64,000 nt of DNA from Cetorhinus maximus (GCF_964194155.1 NC_135885.1:52266001-52330000), one strand, 5' to 3'. Shown: positions 11,678 through 24,413, counted from the first letter of the stretch. The notes: generated by a model from the sequence alone, not told the origin. Program-made: numbers and translations.

Positions 11678-12826
11678 CGATCCCCCTTTTTCCAATAATT
11701 TATAATTTTTAAAAAATATATTTTTCTTTTCCCACCTATTTTTAAATTTATTTCCATCTATTGTTTTATCTCCACCTTTTAGCCCATTTCGATCCCTTCC
11801 CCCCCACCCCACCCCCACCAGGGCCATCTGCCACTTAATATCACCACCGTCAACACCCCTTTGTCCTTTTATCTATGACATCTTTGGCAATCTCTTCTTT
11901 GCCTCCAAAAATTCAGCAGGTCTGACAGCTTCTGTGGAGAGGGATACAGTTAACATTTCGAGTCCGAATGACTCTTCATCTGAACTAAGGAAAATAGAAA
12001 AGAGGTGAAATATAAGCTGGTTTAAGTGGGGATGGGGGGGGAGAGACAGGTAGAGCTGGAAAGAAGGCCAGTGATAGGTGGAGATTGCCAAAAGATGTCA
12101 TAGACAAAAGGACAAAGAGGTGTTGACGGTGGTGATATTAGCTAAGAAATGTGCTAATGGAGACATTAAGGGTGGAAAGCAGGGCAAGCAAGGGACAGAT
12201 AGCCCTAGTGGGGGTGGGGGGTCGAAATAGGCTTCCATCCATTGTTTTATCTCTACCTTTTAGCCTATTTCGAACCCCCCCACCCCACCCCCACTAGGGC
12301 TATCTGTCCCTTGCTTGCCCTGCTTTCCACCCTTAATGTCCCCATTAGCACATTTCTTAGCTAATATCACCACCGTCAACACCTCTTTGTCCTTTTGTCT
12401 ATGACATCTTTTGGCAATCTCCACCTATCACTGGCCCTCTATTCAGCTCTACTTGTCCCACCCCCCCCTTAAACCAGCTTATATTTCACCTCTTTTCTAT
12501 TTTTCCTTAGTTCTGATGAAGAGTCATTCGGACTCGAAACGTTAACTGTATCCCTCTCCGCAGATGCTGTCAGACCTGCTGAGTTTTTCCAGGTATTTTT
12601 GTTTTTGTTCTAGATTTCCAGCATCCGCAGTATTTTACTTTTATCTTCTTTGCCTCCACCTATCACTGGCCCTCTATCCAGCTCTACCTGTCCCACCCAC
12701 CTCTACCAGCTTATACTATTTCCTTAGTTCTGATGAAGAGTCATATGGACTCAAAACGTCAACTGTGTTCCTCTCTGCAGATGCTGTCAGACCTGCTGAG
12801 TTTTTCCAGCTATTTTTGTTTTTGTT
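11678..12826. mobile_element. Nested Penelope 3'UTR/pseudo-LTR complex: inverted-repeat insert (11908-12643) inside an older copy
   Basis: Homologous to the 3' UTR of the Penelope at 30543-30990. 15-bp TSD tcttctttgcctcca at 11893-11907 and 12644-12658. Inverted arms ~11910-12233 and ~12262-12590. Confidence 0.88.
12509..12547 (+). ncRNA. Minimal type I hammerhead ribozyme motif in Penelope pLTR
   Basis: AGUU-CUGAUGA-A-GAGUC-auucg-GACUC-GAAAC-GUU^AACU: stem I, conserved core, stem II hairpin and a palindromic minimal stem III. Such motifs are established for Penelope-like elements. Confidence 0.75.
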
Positions 12827-12919
12827 TAAGAAATCTTCAAAGCTATTCTTTCTTAAAATTAACAAATTTCAAATATTTCCACTTGGGTTCCATTCTTCAA
12901 ATTACAGGATGGCACTTAC

Positions 12920-13078
12920 CCTGTGTTTTTCTTTTATCTTTTTTCTATAAGCTTCCTTGTCATATTTGTCCTCCTCACGTAGCCTCTCTTTTGCTTTCTC
13001 CATATTTATTCCTCCTGTGTCATCATCCGGGTCATTGTCCAGTTTGCTTTTTTGCACCGGTGGCCATTGCTGAATCAT
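12920..13078 (-). CDS. DDX10: DDX10 coding exon (159 nt, phase 0/0; probably human exon 15 equivalent)
   Basis: Minus strand cctgaAG|ATG...CAC AGG|GTaagt. Translates MIQQWPPVQKSKLDNDPDDDTGGINMEKAKERLREEDKYDKEAYRKKIKEKHR, matching DDX10 recalled as LVQQWPQMQK...DDDTGGINLHKAKERLQEEDKFDKEEYRKKIKAKHR. Confidence 0.96.
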
Positions 13079-13799
13079 CTTCAGGATTTAAATAATAAAA
13101 CATTAATGTAGAAACAGCAGACTGGCATTGGCCATTACTTGACAATTGCTCCAACTGTATTCTAATGAGTGACATCTCAAAATAATTTGTTGGTAGAAGT
13201 TATTGTCCTAAACACACACAAAAAGTACATTCTTTGTGCAACTTCTACTATAAGAATACATATCGACTTGCTTAAGACATATCTTAAATTCAGCTTTTAA
13301 ACCAGGTTCGGGGTTCAAATTCTAATCTAAGCTTCAAATCAGCTTTTGCCCACAATTAGATCAACAGGGTGAGCAGAAATGAAGATTGTTTTCAAATTAG
13401 GGGGTGGAGGGGGTGGGTGGGAAGAGAAATTGAGCATGACTTCATAGACTCTCAAAACAGAAAACCAAAAAACAATGTTGTATATTTTAAGGAATTCACA
13501 TCAAAAACAGGTACAGGATTATTTATTTATCATTTGACATTAATGTTAGGAAACAGGCTAAGGTTCAAATCTCTGAACCCACAATAGCTCTCCAAAATAA
13601 TTCCTTAAAAGTAAAAAGATGATATAACCAAGTAATCAATTCCTGCAAGACAACCACTTTGGAAGATGGGGTGTATTTTGTAAAGTAATTAGGAAAGGAG
13701 CCATTCTTTCATTTGGAGAATCATCCTGTTGTTTTCGTCTCAGGTAAAAAGTTGTACCTGCTGAATCTGATATTTTGATCAGTCTGAAGCATCCACAAC

Positions 13800-14590
13800 T
13801 CAACCTGTCTGCTTGTAAATTCTTTAGTTTCACTATTAGAGCTGCTAAATAGAACTATAATGAAAAATATTAACTGTTCAGCAGCTGTACTTCTGATCCC
13901 CTCCTCCCTTTCAGAAACAAATTTCACAAATTGCTTAAATTCTCCAATCCGATGTCTATCCATCCTGATCCTACTAGCTCTCCTAAAGAGCAAGGCAACA
14001 TTTTGGATCACTTCTCTCTTCTAACTCTTACATCCAAGCTGTTGCATCCACTAGTATCTGAAGTCCGGTAAGAACTCTGGCGCTGGTTTGCTCAATCCTT
14101 AAGGTATGTTCCTCTTAAACTTCCATGTGTCCTTTGACACCTCATTCGCTTTTTTTTACTTGCAGACCTTCCTTTTTCCATGAAAATTTGCCTATTCTCT
14201 AACTACAAACCTGTTTAACCATTCGTCAGTATTTTCTCACGTTATAAAAGCTGCAATTAACTATCAAATTTCCATCACCTTCAAAGTCTTTGTGCAATCT
14301 ATGATTGCTAGCATGATCTTTGGCATGGCCATTCCACTGATGATGCCTTTGTTATACGTCCTGGAACTCTGCTTTCAAGTACCTCAGTGAATGACCTTTC
14401 ATTACCTCAGACATCTCTAAAACTTTTGACAGGGTTTGGCACCAAGCACTTCTAAACAACTTACCACCACATGGTCTGCCATGAAAGTTATACTGATAGC
14501 ATCTATTTTATTTTATGGCTCATCCTCCAAACTATTTTTCCATGCGTAGAGGGCTTCCCAGGAATTTGTCCTCTCTCCTTTTGCCTCTTG
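13800..14590 (+). mobile_element. Ancient LINE RT remnant inside the short DDX10 intron
   Basis: At ~14410-14478 the + strand reads DISKTFDRVWHQALLNNLPPHGL; a degenerate PQ.FVLSP motif lies at ~14555. The left boundary is uncertain. Confidence 0.6.
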
Positions 14591-15274
14591 GTGGCATCCT
14601 ATCTTAGGAGTTCAATTTGGTTTCTTAATTGAGAGCAGGTTTGTTGGGTTTGCTTAGGACAATCACATTAATTTATCAGTCATCCATGTGACATAATTGG
14701 ACAGGGAACATTACTGGAAACAGGAAGTGAAGTACATCACTTGGCAGAAAAAGCATGCCCTATTTATCAATATAGAGCAACATTTACTGCACTAGTGGAA
14801 AACTGGTCAGAGCTGATGGCCTTTAGGCCTGGAAATGACATTGTGGAGTCTGAATGACCGCAATGAGATAAAATGAGAGAGGAAAAGTACCAATTCTGAA
14901 TTCAAATTTTATGTAACGTGCAGCTCAATCACAGTATTAATAAATTAACAGATACTGTACAATCTAACCAAAAATATAATAATTATTATTTGAAGTATGT
15001 GCCTGTTTAATAACCATATTCAAATATTTATTCATTCAATTCATCTGATTCATTGCAACATTACAATGCATTTAAAGCTAATTATTTATGTCAAACAATT
15101 TGGAACAATTAGTTTCATTTCAGTGGCAAAAATTTAAATTTGGCACAAATACTCCATAATGCAAATGCTCTAAATACAGATTTAATAAGCAAGCTTTCAA
15201 AAAGCTTTTTTACAGTTAAGCTTTGATATTATTTTCTTGATTTCTAGATAAATTTATGAAAATAATTAATATTA

Positions 15275-15652
15275 CGAACATACAAAATAGGAGTAGGCCA
15301 CTCAGCCTCTTAAGCCTGCTCTGTCATTCAATAAGATCATAACTGGTCTGATTATAACCTCAACTCTACATCCCCACCTACCCCTGATAACCTTTCACCC
15401 CCTTGCTTATCAAGAATCTCTCTAATTCTGCCTTAAAAATATTCAAAGACTCTGCTTCCACCGCCTTTTGAGAGTTCCAAAGACTCACGACCCTCAGAGA
15501 AAAAAATGTCCCCATCTCTGTCTTAAATAAGCAACCCTTTATTTTTAAACAGTGACACCTAGTTCTAGATTCTCCCACAAGAGGAAGCATCCTTTCCACA
15601 TCCACTCTGTCAAGACCCCTCCGGATCTTGTGTGTTTCAATCAAGTTGCCTT
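15275..15652 (-). mobile_element. CR1 3' end
   Basis: ORF 15378-15644 MIETHKIRRGLDRVDVERMLPLVGESRTR..RVVSLWNS plus CR1 tail. Confidence 0.88.
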
Positions 15653-16024
15653 ACTTTAGAAATGTAAAGAGTGTTCTGTAAAGAATGTAGCCTGAACCCA
15701 TGGCAATTGCAGGGAGAGTGAAAAGGAAAATGTTAGAATATTCCATAGCTTCTGTGAAATGACTGCCATCATCTAATTAGAACTTGAGATAAACTTTCTT
15801 ACAGGATTCACACTGGTGTGAATTACGGGATTCAAAACAAATATTTGTGATTGCTTTCTGTATCGTATCTTATCAATCAAGCACTTCAATTTTTTTTAAA
15901 CTTGTCTCTTAAGTTCTGAAAATATATACTACATAAAATGACAGATGACTGAAGTTTAATTGATGTAACGAAATGAGTCAGAAAAATAATCTACTTGTTT
16001 GTGTGTCTATCTGAAAAAGCTCAC

Positions 16025-16156
16025 CTCTCCTTCTTCATTGAAAGTGACTTTTGTATTCACTTTAAAATTTTTCTTCAAGGCTTTCTTTGCTTCTTTGACT
16101 TTTGTCTTTTTTGTTGCTGTTTTCTTTATTTTTTCTTTCTCTTCTTTAACAGGTTT
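16025..16156 (-). CDS. DDX10: DDX10 coding exon (132 nt, phase 0/0; probably human exon 14 equivalent)
   Basis: Minus strand tttttatttcttAG|AAA...GGA GAG|GTgagc. Translates KPVKEEKEKIKKTATKKTKVKEAKKALKKNFKVNTKVTFNEEGE, matching the vertebrate DDX10 motif recalled as KKMTKVAEAKKVMKRNFKVNKKITFTDEGE. Joins in frame to the next exon. Confidence 0.93.
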
Positions 16157-16828
16157 CTAAGAAATAAAAATATGAACATAAATGTTTTGACTCTATACAA
16201 ACAAAATCTGACTGGATTACTGGAACCCAGGGCAATCAACTTATATGTACACTTTTATCTTAAGTAGCAAGATTAATGTTTGCTTACAGATCAACAGTAT
16301 TCATAAAGAATGTTGCATTCGTATTGTTCGGGTACAGTTGTAAATGCTTCCGTAAAATTCATTACAACTTGACTTGGCCTACATAAAAACTGCACAGAAC
16401 TAAACCTGCAGCATACTGCGAAAGAAATGTTACAAAACAATAGCAAAAATTCACCAAACCGTAAAGATTTATCAGGGAGTAATTCCCATCATAAAAGAAC
16501 AGGCTTCTTCTTTGCCATTTTTCACATTTGTAATTCTTAGAAATGCAAGAGATCAAAACTGGAGAATTACAATAACTTTTTTTTTGCTGTTTTCAAATTA
16601 ATGTATGTATGTAAATAACACATATGACTTAAAGCATCTCACTGTGGACATTGAATTAAGCAGTCCAGAAAGTTCAACCTTGAATTGTGGGGAAATAGTT
16701 GTTCTGAGCAAAAATGCCAACAGAGGTCTACAAGTGGCCTCCCCTGTGTAAGAGGAGTAAAACAGAGTTCCCACTCTAAATCTAATCCAGTTATCTGAAT
16801 TGCAAAGTGCAAAGATGGACTCAGTTAA

Positions 16829-17702
16829 AACATAAGAACAGAAGAAATAGGAACAGGAGTAGACCATTCAGCCCCTCAAGGTGCTCTGCCATTCAATAAG
16901 ATCATGGCTGATGATCTTGTGTTTCGATTTCCACATTCCCATCTAACCCTGATAACATTTGATTCTCTCGTCTAACAAGTATCTATCTACCTCTACCTTA
17001 AAAATATTCAATGACCCCGCCTCCACCACCACCTGAGGCAGAGAATTAGAAGTCACACAACCCTCAGAAAAAATTTCTCCTCATCTGTCCTAAAAGGGCA
17101 ACCCCTAATTTTAAAACAGTGCCCACTAGTTCTGGACTCAACCACAAGAAGAAACATCCTTTCAACGTCCACTTTGTCAAGGCTGTTCAGGATCTTGTAT
17201 ACTTCAATCAAATCACCCCTCGCTCTTCTAAACTCCAGTGGAAGCAAGTCCACTCTGTCCAACCTTTCCTCATAAGACGATCCACTCATTCCAGGTATCA
17301 ATCTAGTAAACCTCCTTTGAACTGCCTCCAATGTATTTACATCCTTCCTTAAATAGGGAGGCCAAAACTGCACACAGTATTCGAGGTGCAGTCTCACCAA
17401 TGCCCTGTATAACTGAAGCATAACATCCTTACTTTTATGTTCAATCCCTCTCGTAATAAAGGATAGCACTCCATTAGTCTTCTTAATTACTTGCTGTACC
17501 TGCATGCTAACTTTTTGTGACTCGTACTAGAACACCTAGATCCCTCTGCACCTCAGAATTATGCAGCCATTCTCCATTTAATTAGTCCTCTGCTTTTTTG
17601 TTCTTCCTACCAAAGTGAACGACGTCACATTTTCCCACATTAAACTCCATTTGACAGATCTTTGCCCACTCACTCAACCTATCTATATCCATCTGCAACC
17701 TC
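16829..17702 (-). mobile_element. CR1 3' portion (RT C-terminus + tail)
   Basis: ORF 17053-17505 LYRALVRLHLEYCVQFWPPYLRKDVNTLEAVQRRFTRLIPG. Confidence 0.92.
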
Positions 17703-18134
17703 GTGCAGCCAGTTGTGAAGCCTTTTATGGAAACTGGCTCATCAAAATAACTGTTATAAATGAGATTCTAGATAGCTCCTAATGGCCATAAGTTAGAAAT
17801 TTTCACAGAAAAGATGGATTAAAGAAAGAAAAAGCATTTCTAATTGCAACCATAAACAAACCATAACACTGATCAATGAATTTGGCCCCATTTGTCACAT
17901 ATCTCACAGTGGTGAAGTAGTACTAACTACCATGTGAAGACAACAGTTATGAATTTCAAGGAGCAGCCATTTTCTAAAAGAGGATAAAGCAATTTTAAAT
18001 ATTTTCATAAGACCTGGAGTACAGGGAATCTAGCACAAATTCTTAGGTATATATCATAAAATTGTTTTGTGCTCTACTGGCTTAAGTCTCATCAAAGCAA
18101 CTTAAAAAAAACATGGTAATCTACTAAAATGAAA

Positions 18135-18513
18135 GTATTTTCATTTATATGGCATCTTTCACAACCTCAGGACACCCCAAACGATGGCCACTTTTATAAT
18201 ATAGTCAAATGTAGTAGCTGATGTGTAGGTCCCACAAACAACAATGAGACAAGCGGCCAGATAATCAGTTTTACTGATATTGGTAGAGGAATAAATATTG
18301 GACTGGACATTGAGAATTCTCCCGCTCAAATAGTGCCATGGGATCTTTTAAGACCTCAAGGGGGCAAAGGAGGCTTCAGTTTAACATCTCATCCAAAAGG
18401 CAGGACCTCTGGCAGTGCAGTACTCCCTCAGCACTGCACTGAAGTGTCAGCCTAGACTATGGGTTCAAGTCTCTGGAGCGGGGTTTGAATGCCCAGCCTT
18501 CTGACTCAGAGAC
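18135..18513 (-). mobile_element. DeuSINE (SacSINE1/AmnSINE1-like)
   Basis: Reverse complement contains the Deu-domain core (gaggtcctgccttttggatgagatgttaaac...aaagatcccatggcactattt) and an L2-type tail; homologous to 46440-46880. Confidence 0.75.
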
Positions 18514-18559
18514 TGGCTTTAAAAAGACTCATTTTACATGATCATCTGTTACACTCGGT

Positions 18560-18735
18560 TGTTATGATCCCTGTAGAGACCGTTCACAATAAAAAAGAAA
18601 TTCAACGAATTTCGTAATGAACGAAATTACACCAGAGGATTCCACGATTTAAAGCAAATGAATTTACTAGACAACAAACAAGTAAAGCAAATACTACCAA
18701 ATAAACACTGTCTTCAGTGAATACTTATACTTTAA
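18560..18735 (-). mobile_element. Possible LTR terminal fragment
   Basis: Starts tgttatgatc, the reverse complement of the terminus gatcataaca of the LTR-like element at 34519-34528. Confidence 0.3.
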
Positions 18736-18740
18736 TTATG

Positions 18741-19660
18741 TTTTTTATTCCTTCATGGGGTGTGAAGTGGTGAACCACCTTCTTGAACACTAGTCCACTT
18801 GGTGTAGGTACACTCGCAGTGCTGTCAGGGAGGGAGTTCCAGGATTTTGATCCAGCGACAGTGAAGGAATGATGATATAGTTCCAGGTCAGCATGGTGTG
18901 GGGCTTGGAGGAAATCTTTCAGGTAGCATTGTTCCCATTCATCTGCTGCCCTTGCCCTAGGTGGCAGAAGTTGCAGATTTTGAAGATGCTGTCAAATGAG
19001 GCCTGGCGAGTTCCTGCAGTGCATCTTGTATCTGGTACACCCTGCTGCCATTATGTATCAGTGGTGTAGGAAGTGAATGTTTAAGGTGGTGGATGGGATG
19101 CCAATAAAGCAAACTGCTTTATCCTGGATGGTGTCAAGCTCTCGAGTGTTGTTGGAGCTGCACTCATGCAGGCAAGTGCAGAGTAAATGCACACTCCTGA
19201 CTTCTGAGTTGTAGTTGGGGGACAGGCTTTGGGGAGTCAGGTGAGTTGCTCACCCCAGAATTCTCAGCCCTGACCTGCTCTTAGCTACAGTATTTTTATG
19301 ACTGGTTCAGTTAAGTTTCTTGTCAATGATAACCCCCAGGATGCTGATGGTGCAGGATTCAGCAATAGTAATTCCATCAAATGTCAAGCGCAGATGATTA
19401 AATTCTCTCTTGTTGGAGATAGTCATTGCCTAGCACTTGTGTGCTGCCAATGTTACTTGCCGCTTATCAGCCCTAACTGGAATGTTGTCCAGGTCTTGGG
19501 ACACAGACTGCTCAGTGTCTGAGGAATCACAAATGGTATGAACACTGCAGTCAATAGAACATCCCCACTTCTGACCTTATGATGGAGGAAAGGGCATTGA
19601 TGAAGCAGCAGAAAACAGTTGGGCCAGGGACACTACCCTGAGGAACTCCTGCAGTAGTGT
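18741..19660 (-). mobile_element. 5'-truncated copy of the single-ORF LINE family
   Basis: Colinear similarity to 4470-5625 (e.g. ggattttga.ccagcgacagtgaaggaa; ggacactaccctgaggaactc). Confidence 0.88.
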
Positions 19661-20344
19661 TACATTTTTGCTCTGCTATTATTAGAAAGCACCCATAACA
19701 AGTTTACTTCAAGGATAGTATCAAACTTTATTTCCCAATCCATTACAAAACATTTCTGGTACATGATGCCCTTGATAATTTAGTGCACGTTTTAGCTAAG
19801 CTTCTGTTTGTACCATAAGTGCCTCCTCGTGTTTAGTCCGGGCTGTCATTACAAACTCGCCAAGAACAGACGAATAAGGATGGTTGGGTTTGGAAATATT
19901 CATGCAAGGTGAACATTTCACTTAAAAATGGAATGCTTCATAAATTTTCTTGTCACAGTAAAACTGATCAGTTAAAACATGTGTTGTCCATGCTAACTCA
20001 CTCTCTTTAATAGGAATGCCTTAGAGTAAAATTAATTCGACTATAACTGACCCATGGATAAAAATGCTTACAGCTGTGAAAAGAGAAACCACTTTCTAAT
20101 GATGTATGTCAAGCTGTAATATAGTTGAATTTATAACCCCAAGATCTCGGTTTTCCAGTGTGAAGTATCTGACCAAGATGTAGCTCATGAAAAATTTCTG
20201 GTCACGTTCAATCTTTCTGGTGAAATAGCTATGCTTCTTGCACTTTAAAAATAAAAAAATAAAGTGCAAAAGAAAAACTGATATTTGCCATTTTCAAAGT
20301 GCCACTTATTCAGAATGCTACAAATACTATTTTATATAATCTTC

Positions 20345-23300
20345 ATACATTGAGTGGTACATTTGCAGAAGCTATGACATGTAGCTTCTTTGGATGAGAG
20401 TAGGGGCTGCAGGCTGGAAGAGCTGACTGATCATGGCACTGTGGTACAGTAAGCCATTCAAGTGGGGGGAGCAAAAAGGAACGCAGTGGTAGTAGGGGAC
20501 AATATAGTGAGGGGAATTGAAACTGTTCTCTGCAGCAAAGCAAGAGTTCCTGCCCAGTGCCAGGGTTCAGGACATTTGCTCAGAGAGGAACTTAAAGTGG
20601 GAGGTTGAGAATCTAGTTGTCATGGTCCATGTAAGTACCAACAACATTGACAGGACGAAAAAGGAGGTTCTGCATAGACAGTATGAGAAGCTAGGCACCT
20701 AATTAAGCAGAACCTCAAAGGTAACCATCCCTGAATTATTACCTGAGCCATGTGCAAATTGGCACAGGGCAAATAAGATTAGAGAAATGAAGGCGTGGCT
20801 CAAAGACTGGCATGGGAGAAGTGGGTTCCGGTTTGTGGGGCACTGGCACCAGTATTGCGAAAGCGGGATCTGTACCGTTGGGACGGTTTACACCTGAACC
20901 ATCCTGGGGCTGATGGCCTCGCAAGCCGCATAACTAGAGAAGTAGAGAGGGTTTAAACTGAATAGTGGGGGCAAGGGATCAAATTTGGGAAGATGTGGTA
21001 AACCAAAGAGAAGAGACCAGGCAAGAAAGGAACATGTTAATATGGAGAACAGAATGTGATAGGAAGGAATAGAGAGTACTAATCTAAAAGTAAAACAGCA
21101 GTCAAGGCTAAAGGTTACAGAAATAATAAAAGGAAAAAAACTAAAGACTCTGTATCTGAATGCACACAGCATTTGAAACAAAACAGGTGAGCTGATAGCA
21201 CAGAAATAAATAAGTACGATTTGAAAGCCATTAGAGACATAGCTGCAGGATGACATAGATTGGAACCCGAATATTGAAAAGTACATGGCATTTAGGAAGG
21301 TCAGGAAGCCAGGAAAAAGTGGAGGGGTGGCTCTGTTAATTAATGGTGGTATTAGCACATTAGAGAGGGATGACTTATGCTCAGGAAACTGGGATGTCAA
21401 AGCAGTTTGGGTTAAAATGAGAAATGATAAAGGCAAGAAGTCACCTGTGGGAGTGGTGTACAGGCCCCCTAATTGTGATGACACATGGGAGAGAGTATAA
21501 AGGAAGAGACAACGGTAGCTTGTCAAAGATGCAGCAATAATCATGGGGGATTTTAATCTACATACAGACTGGAAAAATCTGATGGGCAAAGGTAGCCCTG
21601 ATGGGGAGTTCACAGAATGCTTTCGGGATAGTTTCTTAGAACAGCACATTCTGGAGCCAACCAGAGAGCAGGCTATATTAGAACTGGTCTTGCGCAGTGA
21701 GATAGGATTAATTGATAACCTCGTAGTGAAGGCACCCCTAGGTAGCAGTGACATAGTATGATTGAACTTTACATTCAGTTTGAGGGGAAGAAGAGTGGGT
21801 CCAAGACTAGTATTTTAAACTCCAATAGGGGCAATTATGAGGCCATGAGAGCATAGCTAGCTAAAGTGAACTGGCTGGCAAATGAGGTTAAGGGATAGGT
21901 CAATAGAAGTTCAGTGGCAAACATTTAAAGGGATATTTCAGAATATACAGAATAGATATATTGCAATGAGAAAGAAAAATTCCAAGGGGAGGACCCACCA
22001 TCCATGGTTCACTAAAAACAGTATCAAACTTAAAGGAAAAGCATATAATTGCGCAAAGACAGGTGGCAGATCAGAAGATTGGACATAACAAAGAAAAGCA
22101 AATAATGACAAAAAGATTAATAAGGAAGGAAAAATTAGAGTTCGAGAGAAAGCTAGCTAGAAATATAAAGGAAGATAGTAAGAGGTATTTAAATAAGAAA
22201 AGAGTTAACAAAGTGAGTGTTGGTCCTGTAGAAAGTGAGTCTAGGGAATTAATAATGGAAAATAAGGAGATGGCAGATGAATTGACCAAGTATTTTGCAT
22301 TCACTGTAAAGGATACAAGTTACATCCCAGAAATAGCTGTAAATCAGGAAATTGAAGGGCAAGGCACTCAGGAAATTACAATCGCCAGGCAAGTGGTACT
22401 TAGAAAACAGCTGCAGGCTGGGTCCTGATGGACTTTATCCTAGGGTCTTAAAAGAAATGGCTAATGAGACGCACTGGTTTTAATTTTCCAGAATTCCGAG
22501 ATTCTGGGAAGGTTCCATTAGATTGGAAAATAGCGAATATAACTCCTTTATTCAAAGAGGGAGGGAGACAGAAAGCAGGAAACTATAGCAGAGCACTTGG
22601 AAAAATTCAAGGCAATCAGACAAAGTCAACATAGTCATAGGGGTTAACAGCACAGAAAAGGGCCCTTCGGCCCATCAAATCTGCGCCGGTCAAACAAGTT
22701 TTGTGAAAGGGAAATCATGTTTAACCAATTTATTGGAGTTCTTTGAAGGAGCCACGTGTGCTGTGGATAAAGGGGAACCGGTGGGTATACTGTACTTGGA
22801 TTTCCAGTAGGCATTTGATAAGGTGCCACATCAAAGGTTATTGCGGAAATTAAAAGCTCGTGGTGTAGGGGGGAACATACTGGCGTGGAGAGAAGATTGG
22901 CTAGCTAACAGGAAACAGAGTTGGCATAAATGGGTCTTTTTCTGGTTGACAGGATGTAATGAGTGGTGTGCCACAGAGATCAGTGCTGAGGCCTCAACCT
23001 TTTACAATTTGTATAAATGACTTGGATGAAGGAACTGAAGGTATGGTTGCTAAATTTGCTGATGACACAAAGATAGGTAGGAATGTAAGTTGTGAAGAGG
23101 ACATAAGGAAGCTACAAAGGGACATAGATAGCTCAAGTGCATTGGCAAAAATCTGACAAATGGAGTATAATGTGGGCAAATGTGAAATTGTCCACTTTGG
23201 CAGGAAGAATAAAAAAGGAGCATAATATCTAAATGGTGAGAGATTGCAGAGCTCAGAGATTCAAAGGATCTGGGTGTCCTACTGCATGAATCACATAAGG

Positions 23301-23667
23301 CTAGTATGCAGGTGCAGCAAGTAATTAGGAAAGCTAATAGAATGTTATTGTTTATTGAGGGGAATGGAATACAAAAGTAAGAAGGTTATGCTTCAGTTGT
23401 ACAGGGTGATACCACATCTGGAGTACTGTGTACAATATTGGTCTCTTTATTTAAGAAAGGATGTAAGTGCATTGGAAGCAGGTCAGAGAAGGTTTAACTA
23501 GACTAACAACAGGAATGGGCGGATTGTCTTAGCAGAAAATTGGACAGGCTAGGCTTGAATCCACTGGAATTTAGTAGAGTAAGAGGCGAGTTTATTGAAA
23601 CCTTTAAGATCCTGAGGGGTCTTGACAGGGTGAATGTGGAGAGGATGTTTCCTCTTGTAGGAGAATT
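20345..23667 (+). mobile_element. Long decayed CR1 LINE: ORF1 SGNH/GDSL-esterase end + ORF2 APE-RT; 3' tail missing
   Basis: AVVVGDNIVRGI, VHVSTNNI and DGLHLN (esterase); YLNAHSI, GGVALL, VVYRPP, MGDFNLH, GVPQRSVLRP, KFADDTKIG, HLEYCVQYW. Confidence 0.93.
22633..22697 (-). mobile_element. Short inverted CR1 tail inserted in the long CR1
   Basis: cagcacagaaaagggcccttcggcccatc is a reversed CR1 tail splitting the host QSQH|GFVKG motif. Confidence 0.7.
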
Positions 23668-24413
23668 TTGCTTATTTATGCAGACTAAAATAATCCTTTT
23701 TTACTTATTTTGGAGCAGCTTGCTGGGTTAGTACTCTAAAATACAAAAATAAAGGTAGTAAACTTTTAAATAATTCATTCCATACCAAAATAAACTGGAA
23801 TCATTCACATTTCTAATGTTTCATTTATAGCAGAAACAAAAGTTAAATCAGCAAAACTGGGAGGGAAATAAAATTAATTGTGCCCATCTAAACCATAAAT
23901 TTAGAGCAGACAAAATGAACAAAAGTCATCGCATTGGTGTACTTAGTTCATTGTAAATGTACAAACTACATAGTCTTAATAGCTTAGACAATGATTTAGA
24001 TCCACATTAAAAGTACACAGCAGTGACTCAACATAGAACTCAAGTAATTGTGTACTAAAATGCTTTCTGTAAAGATACCGCCATACTGTGTAAAAGAAAG
24101 CCTGAAATAATAAAAAGCTACTTGTGAAAAAACAGCACTGTAATTGAGACTTAAGAAAGGATTGTGCACACTGAACTTCTCAATATATTTTGGCACGAAA
24201 AATTAATCTTGCACTTTGTATATTGAAGTTTCTCTAATTTCTGTAATAATCCTGTATCTCTGATGTCACACATTTCTATAGGCCATTTTATTCACCAGAG
24301 AAGCTTCCCCAATGCAAAATAATGCCTGCCAATCTTTAAAAACTAAGAAAAATTGTGTACAGTATATATAAAAAAAACTAGTAGCCGGGCAGAATATGAA
24401 TTAGCAAAGATAG

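Larger units (their letters stand above)
13079..16024 (-). other. DDX10: DDX10 intron (GT-AG, 2946 nt) between the two visible exons
   Basis: Bounded by a GTgagc donor and an aAG acceptor, with in-frame exon joining. No other canonical DDX10 exon was found, so the flanking introns appear to run past both window ends. Confidence 0.88.

Noticed and set aside
13721-14011. 96-aa minus ORF inside the DDX10 intron
   Set aside because: Antisense to an ancient LINE remnant; no splice-compatible link to DDX10.
20888-21754. 288-aa minus ORF (longest in the track)
   Set aside because: Antisense shadow of the CR1 ORF1/ORF2 junction.
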